From Carpediemonas membranifera BICM (Eukaryota; Protista; Fornicata): a stretch of 64,000 nt of DNA. Numbering within the stretch: the first letter of the stretch is position 1; each line of letters begins with the position of its first letter. The notes below the pieces were generated by a model that saw only the letters and a program-made list of their open reading frames with translations, ran no database searches and was not told the DNA's origin. Position numbers and translations under genes: made by a program. Shown one piece after another: positions 1 through 11,490 of this stretch. The stretch spans positions 160,369 to 224,368 of the forward strand of contig JAHDYR010000033.1 in NCBI GenBank assembly GCA_019828565.1. The letters are read 5' to 3'.

Positions 1-378
1 AGGCGCCAGGGATGAGGCGCCAGGGATGAGGCGCCAGGATGAGGGAGCCAAGATGAGGGCGCCAGGGATGAGGCGCCAGGGATGAGGCGCCAGGATGAGG
101 GAGCCAAGATGAGGGCGCCAGGGATGAGGCGCCAGGATGAGGGAGCCAAGATGAGGGCGCCAGGGATGAGGCGCCAGGGATGAGGGAGCGATGAGGCGCC
201 AGGGATGAGGCGCCAGGATGAGGGAGCCAAGATGAGGGCGCCAGGGATGAGGCGCCAGGATGAGGGAGCCAAGATGAAGGCGCCAGGGATGAGGCGCCAG
301 GATGAGGGAGCCAAGATGAGGGCGCCAGGGATGAGGCGCCAGGGATGAGGGAGCCAAGATGAGGGCGCCAGGGATGAG
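1..378 (+). repeat. G-rich minisatellite (13-15-nt units gaggcgccagggat / gagggagccaagat / gagggcgccagggat)
   Basis: Tandem units are directly visible and run off the window start. Short runs of the same units recur at 7947-7990 and 34150-34212. Confidence 0.95.
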
Positions 379-604
379 GAGTACAGTATTTGAACCCCGA
401 AAACGCCATATTACCAGCACCAATGAGCTTCATCAACGAAGATGCGCTCACTGGTGCCGGTTATGGCGTTTTCGGGGTTCGTCGATCATTCTGCTCCCAA
501 ATCTGCACCTGTATTTTCGTGAGCATGCCCGGGAGCTGGGCCAGACGAGTGGTGCCACAGGGACTAAGCTCCGCTGCTCAGCCTCTGCCAGGCGACACTC
601 GTCT
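359..604 (+). repeat. Dispersed repeat A, copy 1 (copy 2 at 7971-8216), containing an 89-bp hairpin
   Basis: The 246 nt look identical to 7971-8216. Perfect 19-bp arms lie at 392-410 and 462-480. Confidence 0.95.
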
Positions 605-742
605 GAATTCTGCACGAAAAAATTCAGACGACGAATGATGGGCAAAGGGCCGCGAAAACGCTGAAGTACCAGCGCAAGTAGAGCGGTTTGCAATAAAATA
701 GCTTACTTGCGCTGGTGCTGGCGTTTTCGGGGCCCTGAATTG

Positions 743-1125
743 CCCCGGGCGCTCTCCCGGGCTTCTCTCTCCCGCGCTCTTCTCCCCCGGACGCTCTCCC
801 GGGCTTCTCTCTCCCGGGCGCTCTCCCGGGCTCCTCTCTCCCGGGCTCCTCTCTCCCGGGCGCTCTCCCGCGCTCCTCTCTCCCGGGCGCTCTCTCCCGG
901 GCTCCTCTCTCCCGGGCGCTCTCCCGGGCTCCTCTCTCCCGGGCTCCTCTCTCCCGCGCTCTTCTCCCCCGGGCGCTCTCCCGGGCTCCTCTCTCCCGGG
1001 CTCTATCCTCCGGGGCTCCTCTCTCCCGGGCGCTCTCCCGGGCTCCTCTCCCCCGGGCGCTCTCCCGGGCTCCTCTCTCCCGGGCTCTATCCTCCGGGGC
1101 TCCTGTCCCCAGCGCTGTTTCCCAG
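743..1125 (+). repeat. C-rich minisatellite (cccgggcgctct / cccgggctcctctct units)
   Basis: Tandem units are directly visible. Their reverse complement (gagagcgcccggga / gagaggagcccggga) resembles the 1-378 array units. Confidence 0.95.
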
Positions 1126-1181
1126 GCGCTCTGCTCTCTCCAGCGTCCTCACTCGTAAATGTACGTTGCTGTCTTGTCTGC

Positions 1182-2796
1182 TTGATCTGATTTCATTTAG
1201 TGTGCACTTTAGGGGATAATTTCATTGCAACGCCAAAATGGCGAGTTCAGGTTGTAGCAATGATCTGATGCGCGGAATGTACTAGAAAACATTGCAATTA
1301 CAACGCAAAGCAGCGAAAAGCGGAGAAATCAACATCAATAACAACATCAACACCAAAAGAACAGTATCCCAAAGAATTGTGGGCGTTGCTGCGCCAAAGA
1401 GCAATAAATGACCACAAAGCATTCGCTTATGCACAATTAGCTGCCAGAAAGAACACTACACCGTTACTTTGGATCATCCCAGTTCGCCGGAGATGACGCA
1501 GGTCCAGAACGCTGCCTTGGAGGGCTGGTGAAGCGGTTGTGTAGCGCTTACTCGCCTGGCCTTTGGGGCTCTCTCAACATCCTTCCAGACTACTGCATTG
1601 TCATTCACCGGAGGAGCAGGCCAGAGTCACTTGCCATCTGGCGCATCATGAGGAGATATTGGAATGTGATGATGTGTTTATTGACTAAATGAGCTGGAAT
1701 TAGGCGGGTTTGATGTTGCTTACATGTTCTGTGGCATGCCTGATGTCCAAAGATGTATTTTGGCACAGTGATGTTGTTTAGTGTGCTCATTGCTGACCGC
1801 ATAGTTATCTGACTTCAATGTGTCGTGTTGATGCCAAGAAATCGATGGTAGCTCGCACGTTTGAGGTAGTTGCTTGTTGCATCGATGCAACGCACTTTAA
1901 GGATTAAAAAGCTGTACCCCATAGCCGTTTCCTAAGGCCAAATGCGGCCCTCTCTAGCGTATATACACGCGTGAATTGGGACTAGATGGGACTAGATGGG
2001 ACTAGATGCAGTGTTGTGGCATGCCCGGTTTAGCTGAATCCACAAATGTGGATCGGCTCGGGCTGCCGTATAGGTGGCCATGCTTTGAACTTATGGCTGG
2101 AGACTGATACAATTGGCAGGTAGTTGACTGCTACGGACGTGCTATGGACAACCGACGGTATGCCTGTCTGGGCATCAGCGCTGTCGTTCAGGCCAATCCA
2201 CGTTTGTGGATCCGTGCAGTTTATGGTTTCTCGGCCTCCATGCAACAGCCCTGCCTCACCATCGGTATCGACGTGTACTGCGGCAAGAACAGCTTCACCC
2301 AGGGCGAGGATAACGTCCGCCAGGGTCAGCGCCGCTCCGTCATCGGTATGTCCGCCTGGTACGTCGAAGAGCAGGGCCACCTTGAGACCGTCAACCGTCC
2401 CGTCGAGACCATCGCCCGCTTGGCGAGTAAGCGCTACACTACCGCTTCACCAGCCCTCCAAGGCAGCGTTCTGGACCTGCGTCATCTCCGGCGAACTGGA
2501 ATGATCCAAAGTAACGGTGTAGTGTTCTTTCTGGCAGCTAATTGTGCATAAGCGAATGCTTTGTGGTCATTTATTGCTCTTTGGCGCAGCAACGCCCACA
2601 ACTCTTTGGGATACTGTTCTTTTGGTGTTGATGTTGTTATTGATGTTGATTTCTCCGCTTTTCGCTGCTTTGCGTTGTAATTGCAATGTTTTCTAGTACA
2701 TTCCGCGCATCAGATCATTGCTACAACCTGAACTCGCCATTTTGGCGTTGCAATGAAACTATCCCCTAAAGTGCACACTAAATGAAATCAGATCAA
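1182..2796. repeat. 375-bp inverted repeat pair (1182-1556 / 2422-2796) around an ~865-bp spacer
   Basis: The arms are near-perfect reverse complements with a few substitutions. No target-site duplication was seen. Confidence 0.93.
1600..2023 (+). repeat. Dispersed repeat B, copy 1 (copy 2 at 7291-7704)
   Basis: Near-identical ~420-nt direct copies. Copy 1 has one extra gggactagat unit. Confidence 0.95.
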
Positions 2797-2871
2797 TTTG
2801 TGGTCAGCTGCGCCAAGTCGATGGCTTAGTCAGTGTTTGAGTCATTCCCACGACTTATTTACTTCGTTCAT

Positions 2872-4188
2872 TTACTTCTGGTGCTTTTCCTGCTCTCTCT
2901 TCTCCATCAGGTCGTCATACTCGGCCCTCGTCAGCCTCACAGTTGTCATCCCGGCATCACGGATGTGCTCAAAGGCCTCAACAGGCAGCTTCGGCATCCC
3001 GTCGTCGCTGTCGCTGCTGCTGCCCAAGTCTGACTCGCTCTCGTGATAGCGGCGAAGGTGAATGCGTCTGCTGGGCTCCCTGGTCTTCATAGAGTCATAG
3101 AGCGGAGCGAGCCCACTTCCATTGGTCCCGCTACGGACACCCTCATCGGTATCTCTCTCAGACATATCACACTCAACCTGTTGTGACTGAACAAATGACA
3201 GGTTGTCGACGAGGCTATCCTCGACATCGCTGTCTGAACTCTCCTCATCCTCCCACTCTCCTTCCAGCATCTCCAACCCGGCCTCATCGTCAGACTCCCC
3301 CTCCCCCGTGTCGTCCCCCTCGGGCTTACGCTGGTCGTGGAGCTGGACCATCCTAATCCTGAGCTTGTTGTAAAGCCAGTCATCGAGCGTCGGCGGCACC
3401 AGGTCGGCAGAGCTTCGGATCTCCGGGTTGAGATCGAGGATCGTTGGGCGTCGCGTGGTCGTTAAGTGACTGGACGCCAACTGGCGCCTGAACTGCTCAT
3501 CGGTCAGGCTGATGCGCTTGTCCTTAATGACCTTACGAACCTTGGTCGGATCCCTGGGCCTGCCCGTCCGTCTCTGTGTCTCAATCACCCGCTTCTTGAG
3601 CTGATTGAGATCGACATGCACAGTGGGCGCATAGCGAAGCTGGTTAACACTCAGCCCGACCGACTTGAGAGCCTGCGAGAAGGTGCTAGGCATCACAGCG
3701 GACATCGCGGATGGTGCCCCGGTGAATAGCAACCAGTCAGCGAGTTCCGGGGGAATCTGGAGCTCGCTCACATCAATATCGCGGGCTGATGTGGCAGTCA
3801 TGCCTGTGTGGCTGATGATAAGAGCCAGCGCATTGTAGGGGAAGACTAGTCGGACAATAGCTTCCAATGCGACAGGCTCAAACTGCCCAAGCGGCTTGAC
3901 ATTGTCTCTGCCGGAGTTTCGGAATGAGTTGACGGCACTGAGAGTGACAGCAGCGGTTGCCTTGCTCAACGATGCAGCAAAACCGGGCACAAGCGATCTA
4001 ACCTCCTCGGACCGGATCACGGAGAGCGCTTCGTCCTCGGTACTCCCTCGCTCACGTTGTACGAATTGAACGAACCGCGAAAGGTTGTTTGCGGCCGCTT
4101 TCCGGGAAGATTTCTTGCTGATGGTGCACAACCAAGCATTCTTCACGTCTTGCATGCTTGTTTCCATCTCCCGCGGGCTTCCTTCCAT
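2872..4188 (-). CDS. Degenerate tyrosine-recombinase-fold protein with AT-hook-like motif and acidic tail (paralog 1)
   Basis: 438-aa ORF. YNALALIISHTGMTATSARDIDVSEL resembles integrase box I with R changed to T, IPPELADWL follows, and FSQALKSVGLSVNQLRY resembles HxLRH. RTGRPR and a D/E-rich C-terminus follow. Paralog at 32357-33718. Confidence 0.55.
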   Translation of the reverse strand: MEGSPREMETSMQDVKNAWLCTISKKSSRKAAANNLSRFVQFVQRERGSTEDEALSVIRSEEVRSLVPGFAASLSKATAAVTLSAVNSFRNSGRDNVKPLGQFEPVALEAIVRLVFPYNALALIISHTGMTATSARDIDVSELQIPPELADWLLFTGAPSAMSAVMPSTFSQALKSVGLSVNQLRYAPTVHVDLNQLKKRVIETQRRTGRPRDPTKVRKVIKDKRISLTDEQFRRQLASSHLTTTRRPTILDLNPEIRSSADLVPPTLDDWLYNKLRIRMVQLHDQRKPEGDDTGEGESDDEAGLEMLEGEWEDEESSDSDVEDSLVDNLSFVQSQQVECDMSERDTDEGVRSGTNGSGLAPLYDSMKTREPSRRIHLRRYHESESDLGSSSDSDDGMPKLPVEAFEHIRDAGMTTVRLTRAEYDDLMEKREQEKHQK

Positions 4189-4645
4189 CGATATACGGAT
4201 TTCAGACTTTCGTCATGCACAAAAATTCGAATCTCTCCAAATGCCCAAAACAGTGGTCAAACCGTGTTCAGGGGTACAAAAGAGTGCCATAGGCACGTTC
4301 TTGCATTTCAAAATATTCTAGAGGTCGTTCATAAATTCTCAGATGGCCAACAGTACGAAAGTCTGAAATCCATTTATCATGAGACCCGACAAATTTGAAA
4401 TCCATTTATCGGGTGGATACATCACTGTAGAGGGTATTCATGGATATAGGTGCCTTTTCGGTGCCGAGGGGAGTCAACATTTGAGGTCGTGCAGGCAGAA
4501 AGTCTGAAATCCGTATATCTCATCACTGCTTATAGATCCTGGCAGACAACGCCTTCCTGGCGACGTCTGGGGTGTAAGGATTCGCTTGCCTCTGTGTTGT
4601 CGCATCAGCTTCGCTGAAAACGGGTGAACTGACCCGCGCATTCGC

Positions 4646-5094
4646 GCACTTTACGCTCGCAACGAGATTGAAATGGCGAACTTAAGAATAGAAAGAATAC
4701 TGGCGGCTTTAACGTAGTAGGCATGTGCACAACACTAAGAAACATCAGTTGGCGGGCGCAGAGCATCATTAAAGCAACAATTATCTCTAAACGACATCAA
4801 GTACCAAAAGTCCATCATGATCATACGATATGAACTATAAATGAACTACAGATCAGTATATATGATTTGAGAGTACCAGGCATGGCCAAAATACCGCAAT
4901 ACTCGTCCTTTGATCCACGTGACCTCCATCTTGGTCGGTATCCAGAGAACCTCCGTCAGACGCTTGCAACGGAACATTTAGGGGGAGCATCCTGAATGGG
5001 GCCAGATTTGAGGGACCCTTGGTCTGACATGTCATGACCGAGTACTCTAGGGGCCTCCACAGTGCGTCCCGAGGTACGTTAGAGCACCACAGAC
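4646..5094 (+). other. Conserved ~450-bp intergenic element, copy 1
   Basis: Highly similar to 31445-31893 (reverse strand) and more distantly to 42136-42550. It carries an invariant 37-nt core at 4913-4949. Confidence 0.9.
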
Positions 5095-5422
5095 CTTCCC
5101 CCAAAAGCTGACTCCTGGACCCCTTGGCCGGAGCTCGCCCGAAGCGTGCCTCGGCTTGAACTAACGGCAAGAGAGCATAAAATCAGCCCTTTCGAACCGT
5201 GTTTTATGCTCTGCTGCAGTTATAGAATTATTCAAAGGGCCCTCTCTTTGCGCTTTTTTCTGGTTCGTGGGACGAAGTAGGGACGGACAAAAAAGCAGAT
5301 ACGGAAGGTATTGGAGGTAATGAGGCCGCCTAGGTACATAGTTGCCATGTGGATGGTTTCAGTTTATTACTTTTGGCACTCTATGTCCATTTTTTTATGC
5401 TCTCTTGCTGATAGTGCCGAAC

Positions 5423-7175
5423 ATGGACTTGCTAAAGTGGATTGAGAGCGCTAGCAAGGAACAGTACGATGCGATATTGGCTGCATACACCAAGGCAACC
5501 ACCAATCATGCCAAATGTGCTGTCCTTCGCGCGGTTTTGCTGGATGAACGGAAACTGCTCGATCTAGTCATCAGGAAGCGTTTGTAGTCATAGCAATGCT
5601 TATATAGGAATCAACCTGAACCATATCACCACGAAATTCCGCCTCACGAAGAACGAGAAGGAGGAGCTCCATGATAAGTTGAAGAAGCAGTTTATGGCAC
5701 TCGCCGGACCAAGAAGTTCCAAGAAGCTCGGCGCGCTGGCGAAGTGGGTTGACGACAACCAGGCTGATATCGTGTATAGCAAGGAGAAGCGCAAGGCGCG
5801 TAAGGCCATTATTGAGGCCATTGACGCCGAGGAGAAGGACAAGGGCAAGGGCAAGGCCGAGAGCGCTAAGAAAGAACCCGTCGACGATGAGAGTGGCGTG
5901 GACAGTGGTGAAGAGAGCGGCGTCGACGATTCTGAGTTGTGCGACAGTGAGAGTGAGGTGGACTTTGACAACGAGTCCGACGATGAGATTAGAGAACGCG
6001 CGATCAAGCGCCGGCGCGAGAGAAAGATCGCCCAGAAGCTCAAGGAGTGGGAGGACAATAACGCTCGCAACTACGTCCTGTGGCATAGAGTCCAGAAGGA
6101 GGTGCACGGCGAGCTTCGCATTCGCGCCTCTCGAGAGTCAGCTTCGGTTGCTGGGGACAACCACGTCGACGTCCAGTTCGACAGATACCTTCGCGTATCC
6201 AAGCTGCTCGAAATGAAGGACTGGATTCACAAAGACCTCCCATCTCTTCCGATGGAGGCACGAGTGCTCCATCACAAGGCGCAGAAGAGAGTACTCGAGC
6301 TGGAGGAGACCGTCACGAGGCTGCTGCAAGACGTGGGGTACGCAGCTGACATCTCCATGGGTGCCAGCCCGACACCCGCGCCGTTTCGCCGCGACCTACC
6401 CCAGTCGGGCACACACCAAGCACGAACGAGTACCCCCCGCCGTACGGGGAAGAGCGACACAATCCACATGAAGCGCAAGGCCCTCATGACAATCCCTCAG
6501 AAGATCGCTGATGTCGATAGCAACTCAGAGGAGTCAGACGAGGAGGAGATGGTGACAGAGGAGAAGAAGCGCGAGGCACACGAGGAGGTGGTGACAGAGG
6601 AGAGGAAGGGTGAGTCACATGAGGAGGACGTGACCAAATGCGACGCCTGCATCCAGACTGAGCCGGAGACTCAGACTCGCATCACCTCTGAGGCCGCGGT
6701 GCAGACGTGCATCAACGCGGAGGCTCTCACGGCTGGCTGTACCGCGATTCATGTCAAGAGTGACGGCAACTGCGTTGCATATTGTCTCCAAGCCATTGAG
6801 TTGGGTGGCCGAGTTGATGGCGACTTCGAAAAGTGGCAGCGTGGCCTCTGCCAGTCAGTGAAGGCCAAGTACTGGTCTAAGAAGAATTTCACGGAGCGTA
6901 GCCTGACAGATCCGGACTCCGGCTACTATAACTCGAACGCCATCCGAGTCTGGGCGAGGAAACAGAAGCGGAACATCCTTGTTGTCCAGTCATACGACGG
7001 ATACAACGGCATGCAAGGCATCTCCGCCATCTTATACCTGTTTGATGGCACCACCATGCTTGCACCCGATGCAGACTTGTGGGGGTTGACAGATAATTTC
7101 GCTATTGTCATCGAAGGCGATCCGGCTCACGCCACGCTGTACCAGAAGAAGTGCGAGGTCGTTGAGATTGAATAA
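5423..7175 (+). CDS. OTU-like cysteine protease (putative deubiquitinase), paralog 1; exons 5423-5579 and 5608-7175
   Basis: A 28-nt GT..AG intron (5580-5607) joins the small upstream ORF in frame to the 498-aa ORF. The C-terminus has HVKSDGNCVAYCL (OTU Cys motif) and EGDPAHATLY (His motif). Confidence 0.8.
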
Positions 7176-7290
7176 AGATTTGGATATGCCCGTGTAGCCA
7201 GCGGTTCATGACCTGCAGCAGACATTTGGACGTACAGCGGGATACCACATCAATTAGGTCACTTGCGGGCTAAGATTGTCGTTGTCGATC

Positions 7291-7704
7291 GTCATTCACC
7301 GGAGGAGCAGGCCAGAGTCACTTGCCATCTGGCGCATCATGAGGAGATATTGGAATGTGATGATGTGTTTATTGACTAAATGAGCTGGAATTAGGCGGGT
7401 TTGATGTTGCTTACATGTTCTGTGGCATGCCTGATGTCCAAAGATGTATTTTGGCACAGTGATGTTGTTTAGTGTGCTCATTGCTGACCGCATAGTTATC
7501 TGACTTCAATGTGTCGTGTTGATGGCAAGAAATCGATGGTAGCTCGCACGTTTGAGGTAGTTGCTTGTTGCATCGATGCAACGCACTTTAAGGATTAACC
7601 ACCTGCACCCCATAGCCGTTTCCTAAGGCCAGATACGGTCCTCTGTAGCGTATATACACGCGTGAATTGGGACTAGATGGGACTAGATGCAGTGTTGTGG
7701 CATG
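7291..7704 (+). repeat. Dispersed repeat B, copy 2
   Basis: Direct copy of 1600-2023. Confidence 0.95.
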
Positions 7705-7970
7705 ATCTGCCAGATCGACCAGCCCCTGGATCACTTGGGCCTGCCTCCGTGCCCGGCCTGTTGCGATCAATGATGGTGATTACTTGCAACGAACGCGATC
7801 ACCGGAAATTACCTTACCTTACCTTACCTGCAGGTACCATGGGTGTTCGTTTTCGTCTCCAAACGCCATGGTGTAAGAGCATAAAGTGCATTTTCTGTTT
7901 ACTGTGCCGTTGGGGATTGATGGCGCTGGCGTAGGGGTGCTGTGTGGGCGCCAGGGATGACGGCGCCAGG

Positions 7971-8216
7971 ATGAGGGCGCCAGGGATGAGGAGTACAGTA
8001 TTTGAACCCCGAAAACGCCATATTACCAGCACCAATGAGCTTCATCAACGAAGATGCGCTCACTGGTGCCGGTTATGGCGTTTTCGGGGTTCGTCGATCA
8101 TTCTGCTCCCAAATCTGCACCTGTATTTTCGTGAGCATGCCCGGGAGCTGGGCCAGACGAGTGGTGCCACAGGGACTAAGCTCCGCTGCTCAGCCTCTGC
8201 CAGGCGACACTCGTCT
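7971..8216 (+). repeat. Dispersed repeat A, copy 2
   Basis: Direct copy of 359-604, preceded by residual minisatellite units. Confidence 0.95.
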
Positions 8217-9450
8217 CAATCATCTCAGCGACGTTGGCACCGTTGACTGACGAAGCTTGCATTGCACGCGTGGAGTCAACGGACATAGTGGGCTGCTCAG
8301 CGGTCTGAACAGTGGGGTGGGGGGTGGGGACGGCAGGATTGCGGCGCGGCTGGCACACCCGGAAGGCTCTTTGGGAGCTGTCGAGCTTGGAATTTCGCAA
8401 ATGATCAATTTCAGCGTCAGTGAGGGTTACAAGCTGGCTGAGTCCGGCTATCAATGCGGCACGCCCTGTATCTGTCGCGTGAATTCCTTGGTAGATGCCC
8501 TTCGTGTTAGGAGAGAGTTTGCGGCCAGCAAGGTTCTCGATAGCCTTGGGTACTGACCTCATGAAGTCCTACTTGCGCGGCATGCGCTCTAGAATAGTTT
8601 TTGGGAGGATTGCAAGGATTGCATCCGCGATGGAGCGACAATCGCATTTCGTGCTTCTCTCTTCCCAACGATAGCATGTTGCGATGATTGTGTGCACAAT
8701 ATCACGCACAGTATCTCTTGAAAGCCGCTCCTGGTCTTCTACCATACTGCCCCCCTTTTGTGGGGGTGTAAAAAAACTGAGTGCAGTTTTAAGTTGGAAA
8801 TGGAATCCTACAGGTATAGAGACTATTACGAAGAGATAGGAACCGTTATAGCTGCAATTGATGCAATATTAGCACATCCAGGACTGTGGGCGGTAGCAGA
8901 GCGTGTTGGAATGGATAGATTAGCAAGAGCGAAGGACTTACTCAATATAGAGCAAGAAAGGGCCAAATGCGGGATTCCGCCATCAAGTTCAGAAGAGTAC
9001 AGTGATTCACAGTAAACCGTAGCGATCTATTGAGTTATATTCAGTTCTGGCCATGTTCGGCTTTTCCGGAATGTCAAAAATTTGACACGTCCATTTCTCC
9101 AAATTGCTGATTGCCAACGCTAGACCAGACATGCCAGGCTGTAGTACACGTGCTATACTACAACGTGGTGGTTCTGGTTTGCCGTTGGCAATCAGCAATT
9201 TCGAGAACAGACAAACTTCTTTTGCGATTTTTGCAACTTCTGGAGCATATATCATTTGGTACAGACCCAGCCACGCAATAAAAACGCATAGCGTGGCTTA
9301 CCATGGTCGGAACTATCCTAAAAAAGTTTGCGGTAAATATTGAGTAAATATTTAATATAGATCTCGAGATTTAACGTCCCTTAGGTAGCCCTTGGATGCA
9401 AACATCCGCCCAGTAAATTTCGCTGTACAGCTCTAGCCCAAGACAAAAAT

Positions 9451-10095
9451 ATGAGGGCTCGAAGTTTTGGCCTTCTCAGAAAAAGGTGGCAGTATACTGC
9501 TACTTTTCTTTGCTTGAGTAGCTGTATTACACCCCCTCCAGACAGCATGACAGCTGAGGGAGCCCTCCTGGCGCTGAAGCGCACTCGAGAGCCGGGTGCC
9601 ACGGTCTCTCGTGATGTGGTGGTGGACCTCCTCAAGCGCGTGGTGATGGCAGGCCGACACCCAGCCATGTTCTCGCTGCTTATGGCGGCTGAGAACCGCG
9701 GTGCCTCGCGCCTGACCGCCACCCGCTCCCGCGACTTCGTTCGGGCCTATTGGACCTGTGTCCGGCTTGAGCATCTCCCGGCTATGGAGCTTGCCATGAA
9801 CAAGGAGCTGTTCACGCTCCAGCTCACGGACACGTCCGCCGCGTACGGTGTGGTGGAGGTCAAAGAGCACATCGAGCTCTACGAGAACGCCCGCCAGGAG
9901 GAGTCGTTCATCCTGCTCGTCCAGTTTTCGGGCTATCCGCTGCCGTCACTGACCTTCCTGACCCAGGATCTTTGCCGCACCATGCCTGTCACTCGTTATC
10001 TCAACGAGCATAACTTATGGCGTCGTGTTCGTCGGCGCTGGGAGCATGACGGCATCTTCTTTGAGCTTGGTGACAGCCTTGGTGCCATTGAATAA
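9451..10095 (+). CDS. Stand-alone protein with a C-terminal chromodomain-like region
   Basis: LQLTDTSAAYGVVEVKEH...LLVQFSGYPLP matches the chromodomain Y.V..I...LVKW.GY pattern. It is homologous to 61459-61923 (LQLTDTSLDYAVESV...LVKWIGYPVP). The start codon is uncertain. Confidence 0.55.
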   Translation: MRARSFGLLRKRWQYTATFLCLSSCITPPPDSMTAEGALLALKRTREPGATVSRDVVVDLLKRVVMAGRHPAMFSLLMAAENRGASRLTATRSRDFVRAYWTCVRLEHLPAMELAMNKELFTLQLTDTSAAYGVVEVKEHIELYENARQEESFILLVQFSGYPLPSLTFLTQDLCRTMPVTRYLNEHNLWRRVRRRWEHDGIFFELGDSLGAIE

Positions 10096-10124
10096 ATCAG
10101 ATTGTGACTCTCTCTGGGCGCCAT

Positions 10125-11490
10125 TTACTTGGCCCTTCCCAGGAATACATCCAGTGCTTCACAACCCTTGACATTCCCATATGGTTCCCATGTGTCCTCT
10201 GACGGCTCATATCCCAGCCATCTAACCCGGAACTTCCTGTCTCTCATCCTGGCCTCACTCGTCGACTCTAGTATGGACTCGACCAGATATTCACCGAGCG
10301 TGACTGCCGCGAGTTCCTGAGCCCGTTGCTCGGACAACTCACCCATAAAGGCGCGAACTCTCCGAGGCGACTTGGAACTCCTTCTTTGTGTTGACATCCT
10401 TGACGACATAGCCCACCGTGAGGTTCTGCCTCACGATAGGACGCACTAGCTTCATAGGCCCTCGCCATCCTGACGCCAACTTGGACGGCGGTCCATTCGG
10501 GTACTTGACCAACACATAGTCGGACGAGATAGGTGTCGTTGCTGACACTTTGTCTAGCGCATCTTGGTGCATGACCTTGATTCTCGCCTCTGCCAAGTCT
10601 CGGGCTAACTGAGCTGCTTGAACATTACTGCTGGGCTGTCCAGCCATACTCTGGACGTCTGCCATCATCACGTCTGCCGGGACACGGAAATCGCTACCGA
10701 AGATGACCTCGGCCGGTGTTAAGCGTGTCGCGGTGTGGGGAGACGCGTTGACGATATACTGCGCGACAGGGAGGGAGTCTGACCACAACTCGCTCCGAAG
10801 CTGGTATTGCCTGTTGCGTAAAATGCGCTCAATGCGGCTGTTCGCCCGTTCCACAATGCCGTTTGACTGTGGATGGTACGGGGTGGTGACGTGAGTAGCA
10901 AACCCTACGCGCACCGATAGATCTGTGAATAGCTTGTTGACGAACTGCTTGCCACCGTCTGTCTGTAGAACTCTGGGCACGCCGTACCGGAGAATCCATC
11001 CGTTGACGAAGGCAGTCACAGCTTCGTCCGCCCTTGTGGACTTGAGTGGGACGAGCTCGGTCCACCGCGAGGCCATATCAATAATAACTAAGATGAACTT
11101 GTACCCGCGAGACTCTGGTAGGGGGCCAATAGTATCCATGGCTACCCACTGGAACGGTCGCAGGCTCGCCGTGTGGAGGTACGGTCTGGACGCCTCGGCC
11201 GGCTTGGCGGTAAGTTGGCACACGGGGCAACGATCCATGACCCGCGCTACCCTATCCACTGGAGCCCGGAGCCCGTTAGATCTCAGCCACTCTACCGTCG
11301 TATAAACCGGGAGGTGGGCCTGGCCGTGCATATGAGCTGCCTGGATCTCGTCATCGGTAGCTGTTGCCTGTCTGGCAGTTGCGGAGAAGACTCGACTCAG
11401 CCCGTCCGCCGCTCCGTTGTCAACCCCGGCCACATGCTTCACTGTGAAGTCTAGGTCTGCGATTGACTCGTACCAACGCTGGACTTTTTG
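10125..11490 (-). CDS. G1 integrase plus chromodomain (frameshift near 10350)
   Basis: HHCC and DDE motifs lie in ORF 10339-11691, and the chromodomain lies in ORF 10125-10409. Confidence 0.88.

Noticed and set aside
359-1219. ORFs 359-664, 707-1219 and their copies
   Set aside because: They are translations of minisatellite and hairpin DNA with no coding signal.
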